The notes under the pieces are model-generated. The model did not search any database. It was not told the origin of the DNA and saw only the letters and a list, made by a program, of their open reading frames with translations. Shown here one piece after another: positions 38,849 through 47,443 of a stretch of DNA of 57,403 nucleotides. The position numbers were made by a program, and so were the translations under genes. Positions within the stretch are counted from its first letter, which is position 1. Each line of letters begins with the position of its first letter. This stretch comes from an uncultured Corynebacterium sp. (lineage in GTDB: Bacteria > Actinomycetota > Actinomycetes > Mycobacteriales > Mycobacteriaceae), in the NCBI RefSeq assembly GCF_943914015.1, contig NZ_CALUAK010000002.1, positions 1-57,403 of the forward strand, written 5' to 3'.

Positions 38849-39415
38849 GTGAAGAAGATGCACCTGCCCGAATACATGAAAAAGTCCGATGCCACGCTCG
38901 GCGACGCCCCGAAAGAGGCCACCACGTACCTCTTCCACGAGGAGCATTTCGAGGGCTTCGCCGTGTTCAGTCCGCTTACCCAAGACGAGCTGCTGCCAAC
39001 GGACATTCACACGCTTATCCCCGCTGTGCAGGGACAATTGCCGGAAAACGCGGCCCTTATTTATGCCTCGCCGGGATATACCGCAAGTGATACGCGGTGT
39101 GTGGCGGTGATTGCCAAGGTGAAAAATGAGGAGACGGGTGGGACGGATTATATGGTGTCCATCCAACTCCACGGAGAGGAAATGTGCGAGGTGCAGGCGT
39201 TATTCTCTGAAATTGGGGATATCGGCTACCGGGACAAGGCGGTGTATGCGAATACGGGGTTCGATAACGAGACGCCGTGGACAGAGGATCCCTACACCGG
39301 GGAAACGGGTGGTTTTGCGTTGAGTCGTGGGGAGCAGATTCAGTACGACATGTTGTTTCCGGAGCACCCGCTGACGAAGGCGCGGGAGTTTATGTGGGTG
39401 GTGACGGGGTATTAA
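38849..39415 (+). CDS. Hypothetical acidic protein
   Basis: Starts 10 nt after the radA stop; C-terminal W.EDPY...YDMLFPEHPLTKAR; no DisA DGA/RHR motifs. Confidence 0.75.
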   Translation: MKKMHLPEYMKKSDATLGDAPKEATTYLFHEEHFEGFAVFSPLTQDELLPTDIHTLIPAVQGQLPENAALIYASPGYTASDTRCVAVIAKVKNEETGGTDYMVSIQLHGEEMCEVQALFSEIGDIGYRDKAVYANTGFDNETPWTEDPYTGETGGFALSRGEQIQYDMLFPEHPLTKAREFMWVVTGY

Positions 39416-39445
39416 AAAAAGGCGGTGAGTGGGATACTCACCGCC
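39414..39445. terminator. Terminator between convergent genes
   Basis: A-tract then GGCGGTGAGT-gggat-ACTCACCGCC. Confidence 0.85.
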
Positions 39446-39458
39446 GTCTGCAGGGGTC

Positions 39459-40151
39459 TTAGCGAATGTTAAAGGGCTCGGGGTCCGAGTGGTTGGTGCC
39501 CACGAGGGTGTGCAGGTAGTAGCTGCCGGGGCCGACCTCCGAGCGATCGTCGCAATGGTTGGGGGCGGAGGTGGTACGCGACCAGACGGCCGAGTACATC
39601 TTGTCGGTGCCCTTGGCAAAGGTTTCGGTTTTAACGGAGACGGCATCGTTGCAGTCGATGTCGCTCCACACGCGCTCATTGGTGGCGAGGTTATATACCT
39701 CGAAAGCCAAGGGGTTTTCCTTGAGGTCGATTTCGCAGTCGGCACCCGTGGGGTTGTGGACGTTGATGAAGAACTCCGGGCGCTGGTCACCGGTGTAGTT
39801 CGGCTGGTCCATCGACGCGGAGACTTCCAGGTCCTTCAGCTCACAGGTTTTCTTGTTGGCTGCGGCGTTGGTGGTGGTCGTCGACGAGGGGCTTGTCGAC
39901 GCCCCCGTGCTCGTCGTTTCCGTTTCCGTCACCGTCGTCGCAGTTGAGGTCTGCGTGGTAGTGGACGGCTCGGAGGTCACCGACAGCTCGGATGAGGTGG
40001 TGGTCTCGGCGGCGGGATCTGTGTCCTTGTTGTTGCCACCGAGGAGATTGAACAGCAGCAGAATGAGGGCGAGGACGACGAGCACCACGACAATGGCGGC
40101 GACGCGTCGGCGGGTGTAGATAACGTCCGGCAGGGGCCTCTTGTTGCTCAT
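39459..40151 (-). CDS. Membrane-anchored protein (Rv3587c-like)
   Basis: PLPDVIYTRRRVAA, TM helix, Thr/Ser linker, four Cys, WSDIDC. Confidence 0.82.
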   Translation of the reverse strand: MSNKRPLPDVIYTRRRVAAIVVVLVVLALILLLFNLLGGNNKDTDPAAETTTSSELSVTSEPSTTTQTSTATTVTETETTSTGASTSPSSTTTTNAAANKKTCELKDLEVSASMDQPNYTGDQRPEFFINVHNPTGADCEIDLKENPLAFEVYNLATNERVWSDIDCNDAVSVKTETFAKGTDKMYSAVWSRTTSAPNHCDDRSEVGPGSYYLHTLVGTNHSDPEPFNIR

Positions 40152-40206
40152 AGCTCCAAGCTTATGCCCCGACCGGTGTTAACTGCGGAAACCTCGTTCC
40201 GCGTGT

Positions 40207-40794
40207 CTAAACCAGGCGGTTGACCGCACCCGTCTGCAGCTCGTAGCGAGCGCCGACGACGACACACTCGCCGGCGTCGGAGGCCTCGCGGATCCGCACG
40301 CAGCGGGTGAGGATCTGGTGGACGGTCTCCTTCACGTGGCGCTCCTCGTAGTCCTTGGAGGTCGTCTTCCCATCGTCGCGAGAGGCGAACAGGCTCGGCG
40401 CAATGTCCTGAACGAGGACACGCTGGAAACCACCGGGAATGCCCTCTCCTTCGAGAGCAGCCTTCGTCGCGGCGACCGCGCCACAGGATTCGTGGCCCAA
40501 CACGACAACGACATCTACACCCAGGCCGTCAACGGCGAACTCGAGGGAGGCGAGCACCCCCATGTCCACGACCTCACCTGCGGTACGGATGACGAAAATA
40601 TCGCCAAAGCCCTGGTCGAAGATGAGTTCCACAGGCACGCGCGAGTCAGAGCACGCGAGGACGCAGGCGAACGGCTTTTGGCCTTCGACGAGCTCCGCAC
40701 GCCGTTGCTCGTCGCGGTTTGGCGCAGCTACCTTCCCCTCAACGAATCTCTTGTTACCTTCTTCAAGCGCATTCCATGCTTCACGTGGTGTCAT
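40207..40794 (-). CDS. cynT: Beta-class carbonic anhydrase
   Basis: LEEGNKRF, CSDSRV, GHESCGAV zinc ligands. Confidence 0.93.
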   Translation of the reverse strand: MTPREAWNALEEGNKRFVEGKVAAPNRDEQRRAELVEGQKPFACVLACSDSRVPVELIFDQGFGDIFVIRTAGEVVDMGVLASLEFAVDGLGVDVVVVLGHESCGAVAATKAALEGEGIPGGFQRVLVQDIAPSLFASRDDGKTTSKDYEERHVKETVHQILTRCVRIREASDAGECVVVGARYELQTGAVNRLV

Positions 40795-40819
40795 ACTTCC
40801 TATTGTTACAGTCAAAGGC

Positions 40820-41671
40820 GTGGAATTCGACTACTTACCCCTGATTTCGTGGTACCGGCGCTGCGGCCGTGACCTCCCCTGGCGCGCCGACGGCACCAGT
40901 CCCTGGGCCGTCCTCGTCAGCGAGGTCATGAGCCAGCAAACACCGGTTACCCGCGTCATCCCCGCCTGGGAGATGTGGATGGAAAGGTGGCCGACCCCAA
41001 AGGACCTGGCGCTAGCCGATACCGCCGACGTGCTCCGCGCGTGGGGCAGGCTTGGTTATCCCCGGCGCGCGCTGCGCCTCCAGGAGGCCGCACGACGGCT
41101 CGCAGACTCGCCGCTTCCCCGGGAAGTGGATGAACTTCTCATGCTCCCGGGAATCGGTGACTACACAGCCCGGGCTGTGGCGAGCTTCGCGTTCGGGCAG
41201 TCGGTGCCCGTGGTGGATGTCAACGTCCGGCGCGTCCACTACCGGCTTTTCGACGCCCTTTTTCTCACCCCACCTGCCAAAAAGTCCGATCTTAACCGCA
41301 TCCCCGCCCCCTCCCCCGAGCTTTCCGTCGCCCTCATGGAGCTCGGCGCACTCATCTGCACCGCGACGAACCCCACATGCGACGAGTGCCCGCTCAAGCC
41401 ACAGTGCGCGTGGATCGGTGCGGGCAAACCGATGCCGACGGCTGAGGAGATGCACCAAAAGAAGAAGCGGGTGCAGAAATTTGAGGGCACCGACCGCCAG
41501 GTTCGCGGCAAGATCATGGCGCTTCTCCGCGACGCCGACGAGCCCCTGACAAGCATTGACACCGCCTGGCCCGACGAGGCACAGCGCTCCCGGGCGCTCT
41601 ACAGCCTCCTCGAAGACGGCCTCGCCGAGCAGCTACCCGACGGACGATTCAGCCTCCCGCGCACGTTGTAA
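40820..41671 (+). CDS. mutY: A/G-specific adenine glycosylase
   Basis: RDLPWR, SEVMSQQT, GYPRRA, HhH LPGIGDYTA, [4Fe-4S] C-X6-C-X2-C-X5-C; TACAGT-7nt-GTG leaderless signature. Confidence 0.94.
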   Translation: MEFDYLPLISWYRRCGRDLPWRADGTSPWAVLVSEVMSQQTPVTRVIPAWEMWMERWPTPKDLALADTADVLRAWGRLGYPRRALRLQEAARRLADSPLPREVDELLMLPGIGDYTARAVASFAFGQSVPVVDVNVRRVHYRLFDALFLTPPAKKSDLNRIPAPSPELSVALMELGALICTATNPTCDECPLKPQCAWIGAGKPMPTAEEMHQKKKRVQKFEGTDRQVRGKIMALLRDADEPLTSIDTAWPDEAQRSRALYSLLEDGLAEQLPDGRFSLPRTL

Positions 41672-41708
41672 ACAGCGTGCGCAAAAATGGTTCGCGCAGG
41701 AAAAGAAA

Positions 41709-41882
41709 CTACTTCTTCCAGCGACCCCGGTAGTTCATCCCGCCGGGCAGGTTGATGTAAAACCCGCCGCGGGAGTTGAAAGTAACGGGACCAACGCGCT
41801 TGGAAAAGGACGCGCCCGAACCGGAGATGTTGATCCAGCTATCTTTGCCAGTTTTTTTGCGCTGGCGGAAATTCAAACCCAT
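41709..41882 (-). CDS. DUF4236-family small basic protein (57 aa, not in the ORF track)
   Basis: MGLNFRQRKKTGKDSWINISGSGASFSKRVGPVTFNSRGGFYINLPGGMNYRGRWKK; TAAAAT-7nt-ATG. Confidence 0.82.
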   Translation of the reverse strand: MGLNFRQRKKTGKDSWINISGSGASFSKRVGPVTFNSRGGFYINLPGGMNYRGRWKK

Positions 41883-41892
41883 GGCAGGTATT

Positions 41893-42318
41893 TTATCCCG
41901 TCACTTCCCACGGGGCTATACCGCCGCTCACAACCACGAAGAGGAAATGGGCCGTGGGCTGGGGCGCTCGCACAAATTCTGGGGATCTAAGAGCCAGCTT
42001 CGCTCCCAGGTGATCCCATTCGTAGGCAAGCTGCCCATCGGTGACGGGGATTTTCTCCAGCGCGCCATCGCAGGGGACAAGGATCTTGGTGGCATCGAAA
42101 TTGTAGCCGCGCGCCGTCGCCTCTTTCTGTACCCCGCCGAGGTAGCAGCCGATGGCGGCCAGCGGGTCCGGGTGCTCCTTAAACCGGATGAGCTGCGGGT
42201 GGTTGCGGTATCCCCGAGTCTCTCCAACCAGCACCTTCTGCGCGAGGAGCGCCTCCCGCCAGCAGGCGAGCAAACCCTGTCTATCAAGGTGAGAAGGATG
42301 AAGAGACCACAAGCGCAT
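41893..42318 (-). CDS. Pyrimidine-dimer DNA glycosylase / T4 endonuclease V family (Pyr_excise)
   Basis: MRLWSLHP..LD..GL.A.WRE.LLAQ, GYRNHPQL.RF, EA..RGYNF, GQL.YE..HL; TGaTACTAT-6nt-ATG promoter signature. Confidence 0.85.
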   Translation of the reverse strand: MRLWSLHPSHLDRQGLLACWREALLAQKVLVGETRGYRNHPQLIRFKEHPDPLAAIGCYLGGVQKEATARGYNFDATKILVPCDGALEKIPVTDGQLAYEWDHLGAKLALRSPEFVRAPQPTAHFLFVVVSGGIAPWEVTG

Positions 42319-42380
42319 GGGGCCATAGTATCAGCACTTTCCCCACCCTTAAGCCACAGGCGCCCGCCAGAATTTACGAA

Positions 42381-43502
42381 CTATCGCTGGTCATTCTGGT
42401 TTTCTGTTGCGAGGGCTAGGTGCTCGCACACCCACGGGTACCCGATCCGCTCCTGCTCGATACGGGCGCACGCGCCTCCGGAGTGCTCGCGGAGAAACTC
42501 CAACGTGGAAAGCTCGTCGGGAGAAAGCAGCCTGCTTGGTACCGCGGTGGGTTGAGGCTCTTCCACGGCGAAGGGCAGGTGTTGATTGGCGGTATCCAGA
42601 TCCATGAGGACGGAGCGCACCTGCGGGATGTGGGCTCGAACCCGGGTGAGCATGGCAAACCCTGCGCTATCGAGGTCACTCCAGTACAACACAGGTTTGT
42701 ATGGCCCAATGAAGCCGAGCTTGTCAGTCACGGAGAAGCCGCCACCGTACACGGCGAGGGTGTTTGGCAACGGTGGCAGTGCGATGAACGTGGTGTAGTT
42801 TTCCACGATGATGACGCGCACAAAACCTGCGGGGACGCGCTCTAAATCATCGCTTTCCATCGAGAGATGGAAGAGCCCACCGAGTACCGGTACATTCACG
42901 TCGAGGCTCTTGAGCTCCACCATCGTTGGACGCGGGCGGAAAGTTCGCTTTCCAACAAGGGCCGTTACCAGCCCGCCGTGTTTCTCCAGCCACTTGGTGT
43001 CTACACCCGGAATCGGCAGCTCTCGTTGAAAGTAGGCAGACGCATTATGCGTCTTTAGCCATCTCACCACACCGTTGAACTGGGTGACTGTGAGATCGGA
43101 CCAGCATTCCCAGGAGCTCACCTTGCGGGCGAGAACGGGGATGGCATCTGGGATTTCGGTGCCACAGGCAATGGCGCAAGCAATCTCGTTCAGGCGTTGC
43201 CAGTGAGTAGTTTTCCCGGCTAGTCGGGCTGCCATGTCAGCGCTGGCGATATCCAACCGGGCGGGAACCGAGTATGTTCCGTAGAGCCCCAGCCGCTTAT
43301 TCACATACGTTGGCTCTGCCCAATGCGTATCCCAGCCTGTTTTCCACTCACGGAAGGCCGCACCACTGTCTGCTTCCACATCCCTTGCCGTCGGTGGCTG
43401 CAGGTTAAGCGAAAGCGGCGAGAAATCGCCTGCCAACCAGGATTGAAAGTTGTTGTTATAAAACGTGAGCGCGCGCTTACGGGCCCAGGCAACATCACGC
43501 AA
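42381..43502 (-). CDS. jetD: Wadjet nuclease JetD/MksG (DUF3322 + DUF2220 Toprim)
   Basis: RELPIPGVDTKWLE, IVEN..TF, YGGGF, YWSDLD..G, RIEQERI; likely TTG start overlapping the jetC stop. Confidence 0.9.
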   Translation of the reverse strand: MRDVAWARKRALTFYNNNFQSWLAGDFSPLSLNLQPPTARDVEADSGAAFREWKTGWDTHWAEPTYVNKRLGLYGTYSVPARLDIASADMAARLAGKTTHWQRLNEIACAIACGTEIPDAIPVLARKVSSWECWSDLTVTQFNGVVRWLKTHNASAYFQRELPIPGVDTKWLEKHGGLVTALVGKRTFRPRPTMVELKSLDVNVPVLGGLFHLSMESDDLERVPAGFVRVIIVENYTTFIALPPLPNTLAVYGGGFSVTDKLGFIGPYKPVLYWSDLDSAGFAMLTRVRAHIPQVRSVLMDLDTANQHLPFAVEEPQPTAVPSRLLSPDELSTLEFLREHSGGACARIEQERIGYPWVCEHLALATENQNDQR

Positions 43503-46500
43503 GAGGCTCCGCCTCCTCGATGGTGAGGGACGATGTGGTTGATGCGCGCCGATCCTTGCACTCCACCATGAGGACACCGCCGATATAATCCTCCACCGGT
43601 TGCAGGAGCTTTTCCGGCGTGGCGAGGATCATGTGGAAACCAAATTGGTCGAAGACCTCCATCGAGGTGCGGGTGAAGTCCGCGTCGGCGCGGTCGAACG
43701 CCTCATCTAGGATGATCGTGCCGTAACGTGGGTAAACTTTGCCATCCACTTCGACGCGGGACTTGCGCGCCTTACTTGCGGATTCCCCCATTCCCGTGAG
43801 ACGGAAGCGGAGGGCCGCCGCGAGGCAGAAACTGGAGAGTTTTTGTGCTTGCCCGCCGGAGAGACCTTCCGCGGAGTCATACACCGCGCCACGGTTGCCA
43901 GTAGCATCAACCTCAACGCCATAAAACGCCACATGGAAGCGAGTATCGAGACGCATCTTGCGCTGGTTGGCGGTGGTGTTATCGGACACGACAATGTCAT
44001 CGATGACAGCAGACAAAGCCTCGAAACGCTCCTGCGCGCGGGACTCATCGTTTTCCAGGGTGCCATCGACCGCGCGGGCGAGCTTGTCCGAAAAGTCTCG
44101 GGCCAAGGCCGTCATTGATTCACGGACCTCAATCCGAAGTGTGCGCCCGGGGTAGAAATCCACCACGGCAAGCGACTGGTTGAGCTTGTCTATCTCGGTG
44201 CGGATGGCTTTCGCAGCTGAGGTGATCTCCTTGCGCAGGCGTTGTAGGTGGTGGTTGGTGTCCCCAAAGAGTTTCTTGCGGAAGTTGCTTTCAAAGGCAG
44301 GCAAATCGTCTCCTTCCAAACGGTCTAGCTCCGTGAGAAAATCGCCTACCGCAACCATCTCTGCTACGAGGTCACCCTGGCGCTCCGGCCACCTAACCAG
44401 GTAGCGGTCCATCGCGCCGCGAATGTTTGTTTCGGTGGAGGCGCACCGATCTACCGCCTGTTTTCGCTCCTTGTTGATCTGATTCTCCGCATCGCGAGTG
44501 ATCTGGTCGATGTTGTCGCGACGAACGGAGTGGGAGAAACTTCGAAGTCTAGCCTTCACACGGCTTTCCACCTCAGGACTTAATGGTTCCATGCCCTCGA
44601 GTGCGATGCGCAGCAACCTTATCTGATCTGAGGCAACTTTCACGTCCTTGCGCGCCACTCCGATCTTCTCGGTAAGTTCTTCCTTCTCCTTTTCTGCTTT
44701 CTTCTTCTCCGCATGAACCGACCGCAGCTCGCTTTCCAATCGGGCTAGCTCCTTATTGGAATCGACGAGCCGGTCGAGATCCTCCTGCGCGATGTTAAGG
44801 TTCCTCTGCGCACCGGCTTCATCGATCTCGGCAAAACTTTCAGTTTCCAAGACACGCTTGGCACTGGCCATCTGCTCGGCCTCGCGAGCTTCCGTTTGTT
44901 GCAGCTGATTTCTCGCGCTCTCCTCCGCCTCCAGCTTGGTGCGGGTGCGCTTTTGGCGCTCGATGAGAAGCTCGATGCGCTCCTCGTTATTCTCGTACAG
45001 CACCCAGCGGGAGCGATCATCTATGCGGGACCGATCGTCCTTGACGTGCCGCTGCTTATCATGGATCTGGCCTGCCATTGTCACCGCACGGTCGGCGCGA
45101 CGGAACTCGTCCGCGTTCTCCGCGCACAGGTGATCGAACCCCGAGGACAGACGGTATTGAATCCACCCCTCGAAACGACCGGGCTCGACGATGATCTTGG
45201 AACCCAATGTTCGTGCTGTAAATCGCGACGGGGAGTACCCTTCCAGCACGGTGTCGAAGTGGATGTAGGTGAGCTTGGTTCCCAGGTGCGTGGCATCCAC
45301 CGCGCGGACGACCTCACCGTAGTACTCGTCGGGAACAAGCAACGTGCGAGCAAATCCACCCATGACACGCTCGGCAGCAGGCTGCCACCTCACCTCGGCG
45401 GGATCGATGTGGATGAGGTCCGCGACAAACGGCAGTGCCTTTTCATCGATCCCCGTGATGTCACAGATCAGCCTGCGCGCCGCGAGGAGCCGCGCATCCA
45501 TGGATGAGGCGTATTTTTGCGCGGTGTCTAGCTCCTTCTTGGTCTGATCGAGTGTCTTTCTAAGTTCGAGCAGCCGCGAAAGTATTTCATCGTAGCGCTT
45601 GGCGTTGGTAGCTTTGTGGTCTGTTAGGACGGCAATTTCGTCTTGCAATTGGCCACGCAAGTTGATGAAATCCTCGTTATTCGCGGGCCGCACCGTGGTG
45701 AGATCCGAGAGGAAGGCGTGGAATTGCGCCGAGTTCTTTTGTACTCGCCCCAGCTCTGCCTTCAGTTCCTTCGCCCGGAGTTTCGCCTGCGCGATTCCTG
45801 CACCCTGCTGCCCGTTGATGGCCAAGTTGAGCCCCTGTTCCCGGGCACCTAGTTCCTCTATGCGGTTTTTCACCTGCGCGAGTGCGGAGGTGGCTTCATC
45901 GAAGATGGATTGGCTTTCCTGCAAAGCAGACTGCTCGAATTGCAGCCGGCGCTTGGCGGTGTAGGTGGGAATGGCAGCGAACTCTAGATTGAGAGCGTCG
46001 ATGGCAGCGAGAAGCTCGTCGCGCTTTGCCGCGTTTGCTCGGAGCGGACGCAAGGCCTCGATCTGCTCGCGGGCCTTCACCACGGTGGCGTAGGCGGTTT
46101 TGAGTTGCACGAAGTTCTCGGCTGCCGAATCGGCGATACCGAAGGTGGGTGGCTCCGGCAGCATGAATTCGCGGATGAGCTGGTTGAGATCTCCAAGCGT
46201 TTTGGCCGATTGGGTACGCTGCAGGAGCTCGAGAGCCTTATCGTCGGCGATTCCCAACTGGCGACGCAAAGCCGCGGTGAACGGAGCGTGGTTGCGGTTC
46301 ATGGCAATGCACTCGGGGAACAGTTTCTTCGCGGTCGCCTCCTGCGCCTGGTCGTGACCTAGCGGTTCGCACTCCTTGAGATCCACAAACCCCGGCAAAA
46401 GAAGGAAGCGGTTCTTGATGTCTGCAGGCGTGGATGCTTTGGCGGACAGGCACATGATGCGGATGGCCGTGAACTCGGTGCCGTTAGAATCACTGAAGTG

Positions 46501-46848
46501 CAACCCCACGCCACTCCAGATGGCACCGGGGCGCAGGTAGGAGCGGGTAACATCATCGAGTTCCGCATCGTGTTCCTTTTGCCATGCGCCGCGACAATAG
46601 GTGACGAGGTCGCGGCCGGACTTCTTCCCGGATTCGGTTGCTGCGGCGTTGAAACGGGGACGTCCGGAGGGACCTAGGATGGTGCTCACTGCGTCGATAA
46701 GCGTGGACTTGCCGGAACCAGAGGGACCAAAGACGAGAAACCCCTCGCGGGCTACGTGGACCGTGTGGAGGCCGCTAAAGGTGCCCCAATTGTGCACCTG
46801 GAGGGTGGTGAGGCGCAATTGGCCTGGGACGATCGGCTGTTTACTCAT
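43495..46848 (-). CDS. jetC: Wadjet SMC-like ATPase JetC/MksB
   Basis: NWGTF, GPSGSGKST, long coiled coils with hinge, LSGGQ, ILDEAF, LATP. Confidence 0.95.
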   Translation of the reverse strand: MSKQPIVPGQLRLTTLQVHNWGTFSGLHTVHVAREGFLVFGPSGSGKSTLIDAVSTILGPSGRPRFNAAATESGKKSGRDLVTYCRGAWQKEHDAELDDVTRSYLRPGAIWSGVGLHFSDSNGTEFTAIRIMCLSAKASTPADIKNRFLLLPGFVDLKECEPLGHDQAQEATAKKLFPECIAMNRNHAPFTAALRRQLGIADDKALELLQRTQSAKTLGDLNQLIREFMLPEPPTFGIADSAAENFVQLKTAYATVVKAREQIEALRPLRANAAKRDELLAAIDALNLEFAAIPTYTAKRRLQFEQSALQESQSIFDEATSALAQVKNRIEELGAREQGLNLAINGQQGAGIAQAKLRAKELKAELGRVQKNSAQFHAFLSDLTTVRPANNEDFINLRGQLQDEIAVLTDHKATNAKRYDEILSRLLELRKTLDQTKKELDTAQKYASSMDARLLAARRLICDITGIDEKALPFVADLIHIDPAEVRWQPAAERVMGGFARTLLVPDEYYGEVVRAVDATHLGTKLTYIHFDTVLEGYSPSRFTARTLGSKIIVEPGRFEGWIQYRLSSGFDHLCAENADEFRRADRAVTMAGQIHDKQRHVKDDRSRIDDRSRWVLYENNEERIELLIERQKRTRTKLEAEESARNQLQQTEAREAEQMASAKRVLETESFAEIDEAGAQRNLNIAQEDLDRLVDSNKELARLESELRSVHAEKKKAEKEKEELTEKIGVARKDVKVASDQIRLLRIALEGMEPLSPEVESRVKARLRSFSHSVRRDNIDQITRDAENQINKERKQAVDRCASTETNIRGAMDRYLVRWPERQGDLVAEMVAVGDFLTELDRLEGDDLPAFESNFRKKLFGDTNHHLQRLRKEITSAAKAIRTEIDKLNQSLAVVDFYPGRTLRIEVRESMTALARDFSDKLARAVDGTLENDESRAQERFEALSAVIDDIVVSDNTTANQRKMRLDTRFHVAFYGVEVDATGNRGAVYDSAEGLSGGQAQKLSSFCLAAALRFRLTGMGESASKARKSRVEVDGKVYPRYGTIILDEAFDRADADFTRTSMEVFDQFGFHMILATPEKLLQPVEDYIGGVLMVECKDRRASTTSSLTIEEAEPLA

Positions 46849-47443
46849 CGGTATCCTCCAGCATTTCTTCGAAGCTCCTCGTGACGGCCTTGATCTCGTC
46901 GCTGGAGAACACGACGCGCAACACCTGCGACACCTCGAAGCGGTTGGGCGTGGGTGTAGGCGCCACGACTTTTGATTTCACCAGGTTATTCCAGGCGGAA
47001 TCGAAGTTCTTTGCCTGCTTGGTGTGGTCGGTGCCCTGCGCGGTTTGGTAAGGCGCTGTAGCCTCGAACACCTCGGTCTTATCGACGATCGTACGCTCGT
47101 TGGGGTTCGCCTTTGCTAGCTGCCTGCGCAGGTGGAGAATCGTGATGGTCTCCACAAAGTTGAGAGGCTTCGCGCGCAGGAGCTTGCGCATTCCTTCCAG
47201 ATCTGTGTCCCACACCTTGGTGTAGGCGATGCCCGCCGTGTCATCCACGATGAGCGTGAGAAAAAAGTTGTCCAGCTGGGAGGCTATTTCTTTCCGGGAT
47301 TCGCTGATTACTTGAAAATCCTCCGCGTCTGCGGAATTAGACGCGGAGACAAACGGCCCCTTGATGAGCTTCACCAGCGCCCGACGCTGCGCCAGGGTGA
47401 GGGTGCCCGTGTCAAAATCACTAAGCTTGGTATCGTCAGCCAT
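46841..47443 (-). CDS. jetB: Wadjet KITE subunit JetB/MksE (DUF4194)
   Basis: RRALVKLIKGPF, FFLTLIVD, L...ETI.IL.LR; overlaps jetA and jetC. Confidence 0.88.
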   Translation of the reverse strand: MADDTKLSDFDTGTLTLAQRRALVKLIKGPFVSASNSADAEDFQVISESRKEIASQLDNFFLTLIVDDTAGIAYTKVWDTDLEGMRKLLRAKPLNFVETITILHLRRQLAKANPNERTIVDKTEVFEATAPYQTAQGTDHTKQAKNFDSAWNNLVKSKVVAPTPTPNRFEVSQVLRVVFSSDEIKAVTRSFEEMLEDTDE

